From Callorhinchus milii (Eukaryota): DNA of 64,000 nucleotides. The stretch is from the NCBI RefSeq assembly GCF_018977255.1, contig NW_024704742.1, forward strand, positions 129,272,001 through 129,336,000, given 5' to 3'. Made by a program: the position numbers and the translations under genes. Positions 51,901 through 64,000 of the stretch are shown here, piece after piece; position 1 is the first letter of the stretch, and every line of letters begins with the position of its first letter. Below the pieces are notes generated by a model. The model was not told the origin of the DNA, searched no databases, and saw only the letters and a program-made list of their open reading frames with translations.

Positions 51901-54900
51901 ACATGTTCCATCCCCAACACTATCATCCTTCATCTTGATGACCACAATGATTCATCAAATTGATAGAATTGTGCATTCAGCGGTTCATTTTGAGGGTGTT
52001 ATTGTCAGTAATGCTTGCACTGCTGATAGTTCAAGCTGTTGAGATCAATGCGATGCCACACTGTATAAATTATTCTGTTCCTAAAAAGGAACATAAGAAC
52101 ATTTTATCCCACATAATGTATCAGCCTGGCTCAGCTGGAATAACTCGCTCTGAGTCGAAAGCTTGTGATCTTGCGATACAAAGGAGGGGGGTATTGCAAT
52201 GGACCCCTGAATAGCGATCAGGACTGAAGAACCTGGTTCCAGTGCCTTGGGACGTCCTCCTGACGTGAAAGGCGCTCTATAAATGTTTTTTTTTGTTGCT
52301 GTTGTTGATGATGCTTTTTCCTCTATCACAGGGCAAAGGCCAAATATAGGGCTCTAAGAGCTATAGCCAAATAAGATCAGCGATCGTCACTGATCGGGAT
52401 TCAAAACTAGGATCTTGATACTCACTCTGAGGGCTTCAGGAACTGGGAAACTGAAGCAACTGATTTAACCCTGACCATACTAGCAAAGGAGAGAAAAAGG
52501 ATTGTGCCGTGTGGCAGTGGAACTGAACCAGGCAGAAGCTGTGTAACGCATTTATATTTAGCAACATTCTCCAGATAACCCGCATTTTCTATATGATGAA
52601 CAGGAGAGGTTTTATTCTTTTCCTTTGATCGCCAATTCTAGAAAAATGTTCTGCAATGTTCAGCCTTGTGCCCTTGTGGTGTTGACATGCTGCTGGGTGG
52701 AAAACCGCAAAATTACTCGACACTTAAAGGATTAAGGCCACCTTGTCGATTGTTATCTTACAAAGTGTGAGCACTCTCTTTCTCAGAAAGGCAGCCGAGA
52801 AAATATCCTCTCCGAGAAAATTTCAAGTAAAAATAATGGTATTATTGCCTCCTTGATCAAAGCCATTCCCATAATAGCGTCTTGTATGCCCCTAATTGCT
52901 AAGAATGAATTGAGCAAGAGTTACTATGAAATGAGGTTGTGTTCAGTTTTCAAAAGGGGTCATTGTGCTGCCAATGTGCCTTCGTTCCACAGGGCCTGTA
53001 AATTATGACAGCTTGCCAGCTTTTTTTTAACAAGCAAAGCCATAAACCATGAAGGTGTGTGTTCGTATGTTTATTTAAAATAGAATTAAAGGTTAACTAT
53101 GATTTTTGTGCACTTGCCAGCCAGTGGGAGTTTTTTTTTAAATGTCATAAAAAGCACATTAGACCTTTTTGTTCCAGGTTCTATTTAAAAACTATTAAGG
53201 GTATCGTGGGCCCAACTTTCCCTTTTCTGTAAAAACACAGGAAAAAAAGCCAGCGAAACGAATCGCTGGATTCTAAAATAGTGGGATTTTAGGAATCGCC
53301 ACTGGTCCCTGGGAATTAATAATAATAATCCTTGCATTTGATAAAGTGCCGTTGAGTCATCTCAAACACTCCACAGAATATATTGTAAAGTGAATTGAAC
53401 GTATATTTTGTGGACAAAACGCAGCAGCCAATTGCGCACAGCAGTGTCCCACAAACAGTCGTTGATTGAGTGATTTTTTTAAAGAGATTATTACCCCCAG
53501 AAAGCGATATGCCAATTGACTAACTACCGGGTTCCTACTTATTGCTAGGTAACCAGAGGCTATGGCTATGGAAACTTGACTAAGGTTTTGCCATGCCCGG
53601 GAATCAAACTTGGGTCCTCTCACTTGCGAGGCTAGTGTCTAACCACAACCCTACAGGACTCAATTTCTGCTTCTGAATTCTGTTTCGCAAGTCGATCATG
53701 CATGAAAGGTGTTTGGGCAGGTCGGTGTGATGTATTCCTGGTCACCATGAGGCTCAATGAGAGGGTCAGTGAACACTGGGGAGCTTCTGACAGACTGGAT
53801 AGCAGCAAACATGCACGTAAAAATTCCCCTTGGGTCCAGGTTGACTCTATTTGTAAACCATTTTAGAGTGTCCAAAATTTGGCATTAAAAACAGTTTCAG
53901 TTTCGAAGCAAAATACAGAAAACTATCTTTGAAGTTCAGACTGAATTCAACATTTTGCCGATCTCCCCGCCACCTCCCCCATATTCAGTCAGGGTGAGAG
54001 GCATACTTGAAGACAACAGAGCCAGTCCTCAAAAATTGCAGAATCAACTGCATCAGTAATAAGCAAAACAGTACCTATAAGGAAGAGAGGACATAATTGA
54101 TAATGGAGTTGTTTAAAATTATGAAAGGGTTCAATAAGGTTGGCTGTTCCCACTGGTTGGGTAGTCTATAATTAGGGGACACAAATACAAGATAGCAACC
54201 AGGGATCTAAAAAAGAATTTTGGAGGAATTACTTCACAGATAGATATATTTAAGAGGAATCTAGATATACACATGAGCTCGAAGAAAATAGAAGGGTATG
54301 GGAGGGAGTAAGAAGTGGGTGAAGACTCGTGTGAAGTATAAACACTCTGTTTAAGTGCTCTGGGACGGTACCCTGAGTGAGGGATGCTATATAAATGGAA
54401 GGTGTTGTTGTAAACACCAGCACAGACTGCCTAGGCCAAGTAACCCATTGCTGTACATTCTTTGTAAATCTATGAAAGTAACTTAATGATTGACATGCAA
54501 TGTGGCTTCAGCAGGACGGGACCACAGTTTAACGTCTCCACTGACAATTTAATGAGATTTTCCCATTGTGAGCTCACATTACCAAGGTTGGTAATGTACC
54601 TTTGAATCCAGAAATGATATTAAAATAAACATCATCCAAGCTTGTATTTTACTGACACAATAAAGTAATACATAGGAACAATTGACCACAATTGTTTTGG
54701 TGTAATCTGAAATGCATTGTCAGGTCAAAGGCAGACACTGAAATGGATTAACTGGCAAATGTTACAGTGGTTCATGAAGATCTAAACTGATTGGATAAAA
54801 CTGCAAAGACATTCATTATTTGACAGTGCAGTGAGGGAAACGGATCCAAAATTACTTTTGTGTGGTTTTAATCCTGAATAATATTTCATATGCTTTCCAG

Positions 54901-56300
54901 TTTATTAAATAAATCTAAGTTTTAGTAGTACATGCACAGACTTGTTATTTCCTCTTGATTCTGATATTGAAACGTCAACATATCAGTCAGCCATCTACGT
55001 ATTGATTGCTGTTTAAGTAGTTCAATCAATAATGTGGAGATCCGGTTTCTTCAGCTTAGTGCCTGTGAGTGATATTACTTCCTTCTTAAAAGTCACCTTG
55101 GAGTGAGGATGATTTGTCACACTTTTTTTTAGAATTTTGCAAGTTTATCTGTGGCCCTGAATGTAAAAGAAAAGTCATCGATATTTAAAGTGCTGTACAA
55201 CCCTGATGTTTCCCTTTCTCTCCTCCATCTGCTATCTTTGTGCAGTGAATAACTAGCAGTTATGAGTGACACCAAAGCTAGTTAGACTGGGGTCTCTGCC
55301 CCTTTCCCACACCAACAGTCTGAAGAAAAACTAGTTCTTTCTCCTCTGTCGCACTCAAAAATAACGGTATGACACATCCCATAGCTTTTCATTTACAAAC
55401 ACAATGTGTACTATGAATTTTGCAATGGAATATGACAATCAATTTGCGCAGGGCGGGTTACTTACTCAATGGAATCAAATCAAATCTAATATTATATGTT
55501 GCTAACATTGGAGCACCTCTTAATTACAAATCTGCATCTCGCCCTTCTCTTCTCATGGGAATAATACCAATAGTGTCGTGGGATTTTGTACACACCCACT
55601 GAACAGGTGGGTATTTTTATATTTCATTCCCATAACACAAAATATTTTTTTCTTACGGATTCCAAGGAGTAAAAATGGGTGAAAATGTTAAGAGTAATTT
55701 GCACTTTGCTTATTACTTCCTCTACAATGGTGCATTAATACACACAGATTTAGTGAGACATTCCAATTTTCCAGTTACCCCATTCATAATTTCTTAACCT
55801 CTTCACCTCCCAACGGGGACGAGTTTTGTTAAAAAAAACAACCTCCATCACAGGTAGGAAAACATTTCACCATTCGCCCACTGTTAATAGAAGTCAAGTA
55901 AAAGAGATGAGATTTCTGAGTACACACTATATGTGCATTGGTTATTTGTACATAATTTTAGATTTAGAATTTGAGGACAGGGATAACAGTTATCTTATAG
56001 CTTGCTTCGGGGATTGATTGAATAAATAGTTACTAAAGTAGTGTCTACTGTACGTTTTAGCTTCCTCCTTTGAGGTTACACTTGAAAGATAAAACAAATG
56101 GTGGCTTTATATTTAATTCCAGGTAATTATAAACACATTAAATCCTCAGACCGTGCACAAGACATTGACCATCAGCCATTCAGGTTTTGCCTTAACTGGT
56201 TTACTAGTTTCTGTTTAAAGGACAGAGAGAAAAAAGTTATTTACTCTAAAACATTGGCCTTTATAATTGAAAATAAGCAGAAGTTTGTGTGCCTGTGTTT

Positions 56301-56414
56301 GAGGGAGAGAGAGAGAGAAAGGAAGGGAGAGCTTTAGGGAGAGAGAGCGAAAGAAAGAAAGAAAGAAAGGAGGGAGGGAAGGAGGGAGGGAGGGAGGGAA
56401 GGAGGGAGGGAGGG
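56301..56414 (+). repeat. Compound polypurine microsatellite (GA)n/(GAAA)n/(GGGA)n
   Basis: Directly visible. Confidence 0.92.
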
Positions 56415-57149
56415 TGTATTGTGTTTTACCGGTCAAACATCTCAAAGAGCTTCACAAAGTGCAGTAATTACAATAAGATTTTTTGTTGGCAAACATAGCA
56501 GTTGAAGAATGACACGGTTGAGAAAATGGAACGTGATGAGGAAGTGTCTGCCTTTTGAACTGTTTAAGATAAGATCATCTTGGATATGGTTTAGAGAAGT
56601 AGCTGCTTAATAATCCTGAACGAGAGTAATATTCAAACCTACATGACTGCACAATTGCTTCCCCTAAGGTCATAGAGCATTACAAAAAGCAGTTTTCACA
56701 GAGTTCACCACTTACATGTTACAAAGGGAAAATATTTTAATGATCAGTTACAGCCAATTTGTGTTTGATTTTAACAGAACTATGTTTTCCAATAGTTACT
56801 GAGCCTCCTCACCCCGAGAGATCACACAAGAAAATCTACAATCCACGATTTATGCTCAGTTCGTAAGTAAGCTACATGGTATGGAAGGAAAATAATAGCT
56901 TTTTTATATGTCAAAATATCTCAAACCACTGTCAAATCTGATGACTGTTTTTGTACATGGCCCGATGCTGTTATGTTTGAGAGGTGAGAGGCTGAGCACC
57001 ACACAAATAAAGATATTTTCCTAGCATTTCGGCCAACAATTCTCTAGATTATTTGGTTATTCACCTCATGGTTGTTTGTGGGGCCTTGCTACCTCAGATG
57101 TCTGCCTTGTTTAATTACAAAATCGTCAGATGTAAAGATATATTCAGAA

Positions 57150-58190
57150 ATATCCACCTACCATATTTCCATTATAGCTTCAAGCTGTTTCTTAAATGAG
57201 TTCTACCTTCACCCATCCTTCCTGGTAACGTGTTGCGATTTTCAACTTTCATCTGTGTAAAGAAATTCTTCCTGGTCCCTGTGTTGAAATTGTCATCACA
57301 ATCCTGATCATGTGCCCTCTTGTTGTACTGTCTTGGCATATTTGAAAGTACTATCCTGGGTTTAAATTCATCAAAATAATAATAATAATTTGGTCACTCA
57401 ATCCACGACTGTTTGTGGGACACTGCTGTGCACAATTGGCTGCCATGTTTTAGCCCACAACATATAGTCAATCCACTTAATAGTATATTCTGTGAAGCGC
57501 TTTAAGACATCTCGAAGACCTGACAAGGATTATTATTATTATCATCATGATTAACAACATATACATCTATTAGATCCTCTCTCAGACATCTCTTTTCAAG
57601 ACCAAAGAACCCTACCTTATTTAGACTTTCCTCATAGCTCATTCGTCTAATACAGGAAATTATCTTAATTGCTCTCCTCTACATTGCCTCTACGAATGGA
57701 GTCTCTTCATGTCATGGCAACCAGAACTGCTTGCAAAGTACCCCAGGTCTGACTGAGCAGATTACTGTAGATTCTGACTATGACTTCTGGGGATCTCAAT
57801 TCATCTGCCAATAAAACCCAGTACCTATTTGCCTTCTTATTGCTGCCTAACACTTTAATGTTTTAACATTGTGAGCAATGCATCATCTAGTACCCCTTGG
57901 TCTTCTTGAACTTTGTTCTGTCTGTAGAGCACATCTGCCTCTTATTTTTACTTCCTTTGTACAGTACATTGCATTTATCTGCCAGTGAGCAGCCCAACTG
58001 CATATCTTGTTGAGATCTTCGTGAGATCTTGATTGCCTCCACTTATTCCAATTTCCCCTAAATTTGGGTCTTCCATAAATATAGTTACCCTAAATCGAGT
58101 CCATTAATGTCTGCAAAAAACAGAAGACCCAATACTGACCCCGAGGCACTCCACTCAATACCTTCCCCCATTTCTAAATAACTTATCTAA
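57150..58190 (-). mobile_element. Old degraded CR1 fragment interrupted by a SINE 3' half (~57375-57545)
   Basis: Residual CR1 motifs on the minus strand (gcagttctgg, ctatgaggaaagtctaaa, gtgcctcggggtcagtattgggt). Confidence 0.65.
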
Positions 58191-58801
58191 CAACAACAAA
58201 AAAAATTGCATTTATATAGTGTCTTTTAGGAATTTTTAGACTGTCTCATTTCCTTTTGTTAAGTAAAATTGGCTTTGCTGGGCTGGTCTGGTCCCCAACC
58301 AGAGTTCCTGATTCCTGAATCAATTGCATTATTGTGTGTACTGAAATGTGAGAGCAGTACCTGAATGCCATTAAAGCAAGCTAAGGACAATCGATATTCA
58401 GTCCCTCAGTCCTTGGACCTAACAACATAGTTTCCAAAGACCGAAGTTATGAGCTAAAAAGCACTGCAAAAATTGCAAATAAGTATTTAAAGTAGACCCA
58501 AAGCACTGATTAAAATCTGAGGCGGAAACAAGTAAAATACTTGTACAATGAATCCTTTTTAAATGTTGAGGATCATTTGAGTAATAAATTGGATATTCTA
58601 AAAAATAATAATTACATTTGATACACATGTTAGGAGGATGTCTCAAAGTGCTGCACCATAAAGTATAATGGAAACTGTATTTTTTGTAGGCAAACACAGC
58701 AGTCAGATGCAAGGATTATTATTTTTAAGTGTCACTGTAACATGTTAAAATATTAACATGGATGACAATTTTGAGAGAATAATGTACTCCATAATTTTTA
58801 C

Positions 58802-59083
58802 TCCATTATTCTTTGGCAAACTGCACTGATTTCTTCCACAGTTGCAACAAAAAGCAATGTTTCCAAAGTAATATAAAAATAGGCTGCATTGCATCATCGT
58901 TGATAGCTGTCTACTGCCCTCTCGAGGATGTGTGCGACATCTCTTTCGGATTTCTCTAAAGGGAGAAGGTGAAAATGGTCCAAAACAGATGTCACACACC
59001 ATCATCAGTTTGTTAACATCTTTGTAGGTAACATCAGAAGACGTTTTAAGTAATTTCTTCAATCCTCATTAGATGGCGCATAA
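58802..59083 (-). pseudogene. Candidate pseudo-exon (LKKLLKTSSDVTYKDVNKLMM / VLDHFHLLPLEKSERDVAHILERAVDSYQR*CNAAYFYITLETLLFVATVEEISAVCQRIM)
   Basis: Helical protein-like translation needing one frameshift; splice sites weak (tgctataag, GGA|gtaaaa). Confidence 0.4.
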
Positions 59084-61717
59084 CTTATAGCAAGCAGATT
59101 ATTGCCAGGGTGTAGCCCAGTCGAAGCGTTAGATATTGTTATATAAAAAAAGAGAACAAATTGCAGAATATTGTCTGAATCCTGTAACTGGACAATGGCT
59201 TATATTTCCTTTCACTTTTTTAAAACAAATTATTTGTAATAAATTATTTTAGAATATTATTAGTTTCAAAACTGTATTATAAAATGTTAGCTCTTGCTGT
59301 CTGAGCATGGTGCAGGACAAATAGTTATTCCTTAACGGTAAGCGCTAGTTCAATGGGAATCCTTTGTGGGAGTAAGATTATATCAGAGCAGAATTCCTGT
59401 AGGTTTGTATGTTGTACTTCTGGTTACCGTCAGGAATCGCTATTCGTGTCCAGCCTAACTCAGTTGGTAGCATTCTCACCACTGAGTTAGAAGGTTATAA
59501 TAATAATAATCCTTGCATTTGATAAAGCACGGCTTCGAGACGTCTCAAAGCGCTTCATAGAATACACTGTAAAATCAAACGACTGTATTTTTCTTGGCAA
59601 AACGCAGTAGCCAATTGCGCACAGCAGTGTGCCACAAATAGCCCTGGATTAAATGACCCAATTGTTTTTTGAAATGATTATTACTCCCGAAGAAGCAATC
59701 TGCCAATCGACTAACAACCGGGTTCCTACTTACTGTTAGGCAAATAGACGCATGGGGAGTAACAAAACTTGCCCAACGTTTCGCCCCGCCTGGGAATCAA
59801 ACTCAGGTCCTCTCGCTTGCGAAGCGAGTGATCTGACTATAGAAGGTTCAAGCTGTATGTCGGGATTTTGAACCAGTCAAGGCTGACACTCCAGTGCAGT
59901 GCTAGGGAATAATTAGAAGTGCTGTTCTTTGGATGAGACCTTAAACTGAGGTCCTGTCTCCCTACTGAAGTATTGTTAAAGATCGCATGACCCAAAAATG
60001 TACGGTCAATTCACTTTACAGTCTATTTTGTGAAGCGTTTTGAGACGTCGAGAAGACGTGAAAAGCGCTATATCAAATTCAAGGATTATTATTATTATTA
60101 TTTGAAAAGAGAAGGGAGTTTTTGATCCAGTGTCTTACCAATAAATCCTATTCAATTTGTGGCTCTTGGTGAGATATTGCTGTGCACAAATGTTCGCCAA
60201 AATACAGTCACAGCACTTAACGGTATATCCCGTGAAGCTCTTTGAGATGTCCTCCCGTGTGAAAGACACTGTATCAAATGTAAAGATTATAATTAATTGC
60301 TTTTTACAAATCCAGGCAGAGTACAGCATTTTCAATGAAAGCAGAAACATTTCATTGTACCATGAAAGCAATTCTCAATCTACCAATCAAACAGAATTCC
60401 CAAAGCTCTCACAATTTGATGTTGATCAAAGATTCCTCTGATTAACATGTTTCTTGGGGAGTAATACGACAGTCCTTGCATTTCATTTACACCTTATCAC
60501 TTCATCAAGGTTTTTCCAAGCACTTCACAGGATACACTGTAAAGTGTAGTGACTGTGTGTATTTTATGGGCAAACATGACAGCCAACTTACACGAGGCAA
60601 AGTCCCACAACCAGCTGTAGAATTAATGATCAATTTTATTTGGGAGAATTGTTGGCCAGGACAACCAGAAGAAACTCCTTTCTCTTTTAGAATAGTGCCA
60701 AAGGATCTTTTATGTCCACCTGAACAGCAGACAGGATCTCAGTATTACATCTCATCTGAAGGAAGGCACCTCCGACAATGCAGCACACCGGCAGGACTGC
60801 ATTGGAAAGTCTGAGTTGTTGAACCAAAAACCTTTTGATTCAGAGGTGAGAGTGCTATTGACTGAGCCAGGCTGATATGCAAAGAATGTTTCTCCTGATG
60901 TCCAGGCCAGCAATTCCCAGATAAAATTGATCATTAACAAACTGGCTGTTTGTGGGACATGTTGTGCTGTGTGAAAATCGGCTGCCACATCTGTCGACAA
61001 AGTAAATATATATTCACTAAAATTTGTAATAATAATTTGTAATAAATTATAATAATAAATTTATAATAAACAAATTTGTAAAAAATAAAATACTGTGAAG
61101 CGCTTTGAGACGTCTAGAAGATGTGAAAAGCGCTATATCAAATGCAAGGATTATTATTATTGTTATATTATTATAATTTGCAGTAAAATCCTGGGAACTG
61201 TGCTGAATCGTCCTCCTGCTCCTGAAGCAAAATGGTATATTTGAAATGCAAGGATAATTATTTTTATCCTTCACGCAGGATAGCCTCCTGGAGCGCATCA
61301 AGTGTCAGCAGGATGAAAAATTTAATGTTGAGAAGGACAATTTTAGGACAGACACCAGGAACTATTTACAATAGTTACACAGCGGGTAATTAACAGGTTG
61401 AAACAAGTTCTCAGGAATGATTAGGCCAGAACGCTGAACCAGGCTTTCATTCATATCTTTCCCAGACCATTACTACATCTTCTCCACTGATCTCTCATTC
61501 CATGACTGCAGTTAGCTGGGTGCACCACAGAATTTGATCCTTGGTCCTTTAATATTCCTCATGCTGGCTCTTGGTGATGTTATATGCAATATAGGGTTAG
61601 CTTCCATATGTATGTTGATGATACCCAACCACTACCCTCGACTACAGAACTGTTGCTGCTTAGACTGACTTGACTACCTGTCTGACATTAAGCACTGGAT
61701 GAGGAAACACCTAACAA

Positions 61718-62625
61718 CATAAGAACATAATAATTTGCTAGGCAAAAGAAGACCAAGGTCCATCTAGTTTGCCTACCACTATTCTGGCAGTCCCTTGACA
61801 TGTCCTGTCCCAAACTATATACTGTATCCCGACATATTATTTTCTAGCAGAAATCTATCTAATTTGTTCTTGAAACAAATGACATTTTCCACTTCCACTG
61901 TCTCCCTAGTTTACTACTTGCTTACTGAAGTAGTTTTTCTGCAGATTTGTTCTGAATTCAGCCGTAGGCCATGTCCTCTGGTTCTACTATTTAGCAAAGA
62001 TAAAACATGCATTATCCATTCCCTTCAGAATCAACCTTCTCTTCTCCAGAGTGTGTGATACACACAGATGTACATGCCCAGTTTATCTAGTCGTTCCTTG
62101 TAGTCCAGCCCCTCCATTCCCTTAATCATTTTGGTTGCCCTCCTCTGTATCCTCTCAATCGTTGCAATATCCATTTTATGTTGTGGTGACCAGAACTGCA
62201 CACAGTATTCCAAGTGCAGTCGCACCAGTGATTTGTAAAATAGCAGAATTACTCCACTTTTTAGGCTTAATATTGCCATTTTAACCCAGTCTGTATTTAA
62301 TAGAGTAAGTTTTCCCTTACTCCCTGCTGCCGAGCACTGTTGGGATAGCTTCAATTTATTATCAATCAGGATCCTCAGTCCTTTTCATTTTCCGTACAGA
62401 TTATTTTTTACCATTTAAATAACAGACCCTTCCTGGATTTTTTGTCCCCATGTGAAGCACTTTGCATTTCTCTACATTAAATTTCATCTGCGATCGATCT
62501 GCCCAATTTCCAAGAAAGTTCAAGTTCTCCTGTAATCTATCCTGTTCATCTTTGCAGTCTACCACCTTTGTTAGCTTTGTGTCATCTACAAATTTAGCCA
62601 CTGTGCTTATGACTCCACCTCCCAA
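61718..62625 (-). mobile_element. CR1-clade LINE RT/3' fragment
   Basis: KFVDDTKL, QMKFNVEKCKVLHMG, YKSLVRLHLEYCVQFWSP, ERIQRRATKMIKGMEGLDYKERL; (ttcttatg)-type tail. Confidence 0.93.
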
Positions 62626-63271
62626 CCCCCTGAGCTCTTATTGCAGCTGTGTTGATGCAGCAAAAGCTGAGCAGAGAATAATTTCAAGTCACTATCTCGC
62701 CAGCTATCGGCTGCCAGTTTAAATTGGTACCTTTAAATTGGCACCAATTTGGAATTGCCACACTGGAATATTTCCCAGATTTGCAATTACATCAATTGCA
62801 CAAGAGCCGTTCCACACACCGCACAAAAAAAATTAAAACTTCATCAACCTCCCTCCACTCTGCAAGTACTGTCTGGCCTGCTCCACATCCCCTGCCCTGC
62901 CTGCTCCACTATAGACGGTTGAGCCTTCAGCCTTTCTGCCCCTATCCTCTGGAACTCCATTGCTTTCTTCAAGGCCCACCTCAAGATCTTTTTTTTCAAC
63001 TGTGTCTTGGTCATTTTACCTCCACCATCCCTCTCAGACCCCAACCAGCAGCTCGAAGGCAAACGCCTTGGGACATCCTCCTGAAGTGAAAGGCTCTATA
63101 CAACTGCAATGTGCTGTTGCATAAACTATGCAAAAACTGTTTCCTCACTTTTAAAGAAAAGCTTTGTATTTCTGATTTCTCGTGAGTAGAGAGACAGCGG
63201 AATAGATTTAGTTCATTTAAATTGAAGAAATGTGCTAGTAAAGATTAAAAATGATCTCTTACTCAACTCAC

Positions 63272-63488
63272 CAATATCCACAAGTATTACTGTTGATCCG
63301 CAGCAATGCCAGTAAACAGACTATCCTGTAAAAGCCATATTCATATTAGTAGCGACATTGGGCGATCAATACTCTCCTATTGGCTGTTTTTCTTCAGCAC
63401 CAGATTAAATAGCAGATGCAGCAGATGCCAATAGCTACTGAAACTGTCCCATAGGGACTTTATTATGGTACGCAGGCAACAAATTATC
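63272..63488 (-). pseudogene. Candidate pseudo-exon (DNLLPAYHNKVPMGQFQ*LLASAASAI*...)
   Basis: Acceptor ccatcacttttgtag, donor TTG|gtgagt; several stops. Confidence 0.45.
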
Positions 63489-64000
63489 CTACAAAAGTGA
63501 TGGTTAATGGCTCGAAATCGTCAGTGAGACTGAAGTTATTTGCTCTGCGGTAATTCTTTACGAGTACAGGGATATTTTATTGTATAAGGAATCACCCCCG
63601 GGATGAAAGAAATATAAAAGGAAACATTTGGCTCTCCACAGGGCACAGAATTTCAATCTTCTTCAAAATATTTCATTAATAAATAATGTGTGTGTTAGAC
63701 TAGGGTCTCCCTCTTAAAACACAGTGTCCTCTGAGATGTCTGGAGTGGTCATATGAAATGCACATCCTGTGATAGAAAGGATAGGTGTCAGCCCCAGATG
63801 AGTTGGTAGCACTCTCGCTTCTAAGTCAGACGCTTGTGGGATTGATTTCAAGACTTTGAGCCCATAGCCGAGGCTGACACTGTAACACTGCATTGTCAAA
63901 GGTGATGACCTTCAGATGGAAGGTTAAACTGAGATCTGATCTGCCAGTTCAGGTAGTCATTAAAATCCCAGAGCGCTAACTAAAAAGAGAAGACTTTCTT

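Larger units (their letters stand above)
5680..63488 (-). pseudogene. Candidate large decayed multi-exon protein-coding gene, identity unknown
   Basis: About 20 unique blocks with minus-strand polypyrimidine-AG acceptors and/or GT(A/G)AG-type donors, several phase-matched junctions, and protein-like frames carrying scattered stops and frameshifts. Individual exons are listed separately. Confidence 0.6.

Noticed and set aside
58360..58600. Another minus-strand exon candidate (ORF 58419-58712)
   Set aside because: The acceptor comes from a SINE tail and all three frames look equally plausible, so it cannot be supported without homology.
5680..63488. Alternative genetic code, systematic stop read-through or editing to explain the in-frame stops
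   Set aside because: All three stop codons and frameshifts occur, and the context is a vertebrate nuclear genome; neutral decay is sufficient.
1..64000. Recurrent ~30-nt motif aatccttgcatttgatatagcgc as a CRISPR-like or dispersed regulatory repeat
   Set aside because: Irregular spacing, both orientations, and always the 3' end of SINE/L2 copies.

Overview
This is repeat-rich vertebrate genomic DNA. The mix of L2 and CR1 LINE fragments with two abundant L2-tailed tRNA-derived SINE families suggests a cartilaginous fish, probably a chimaera such as Callorhinchus (inference). I found no intact protein-coding gene, rRNA, true tRNA or CRISPR array; most ORFs in the supplied track are LINE/SINE remnants or chance. 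Four things stand out. (1) About 20 repeat-free blocks from ~5.7 kb to ~63.5 kb have splice acceptors and/or donors on the minus strand, several phase-compatible junctions and protein-like but stop/frameshift-interrupted frames; they look like a large decayed multi-exon gene that I cannot name. (2) Bases 1-1761 are a ~99% identical direct copy of 20928-22701, with a breakpoint that fits a ~21-kb tandem duplication or an assembly artefact. (3) A composite of a SINE plus a hairpin-rich ~130-bp tail occurs twice, inverted, 40 kb apart. (4) There is an unclassified interspersed repeat family in several copies, plus probable ancient LF-SINE-like and AmnSINE2-like elements. Repeat boundaries are approximate, and family names come from recalled consensus motifs, not a database search.
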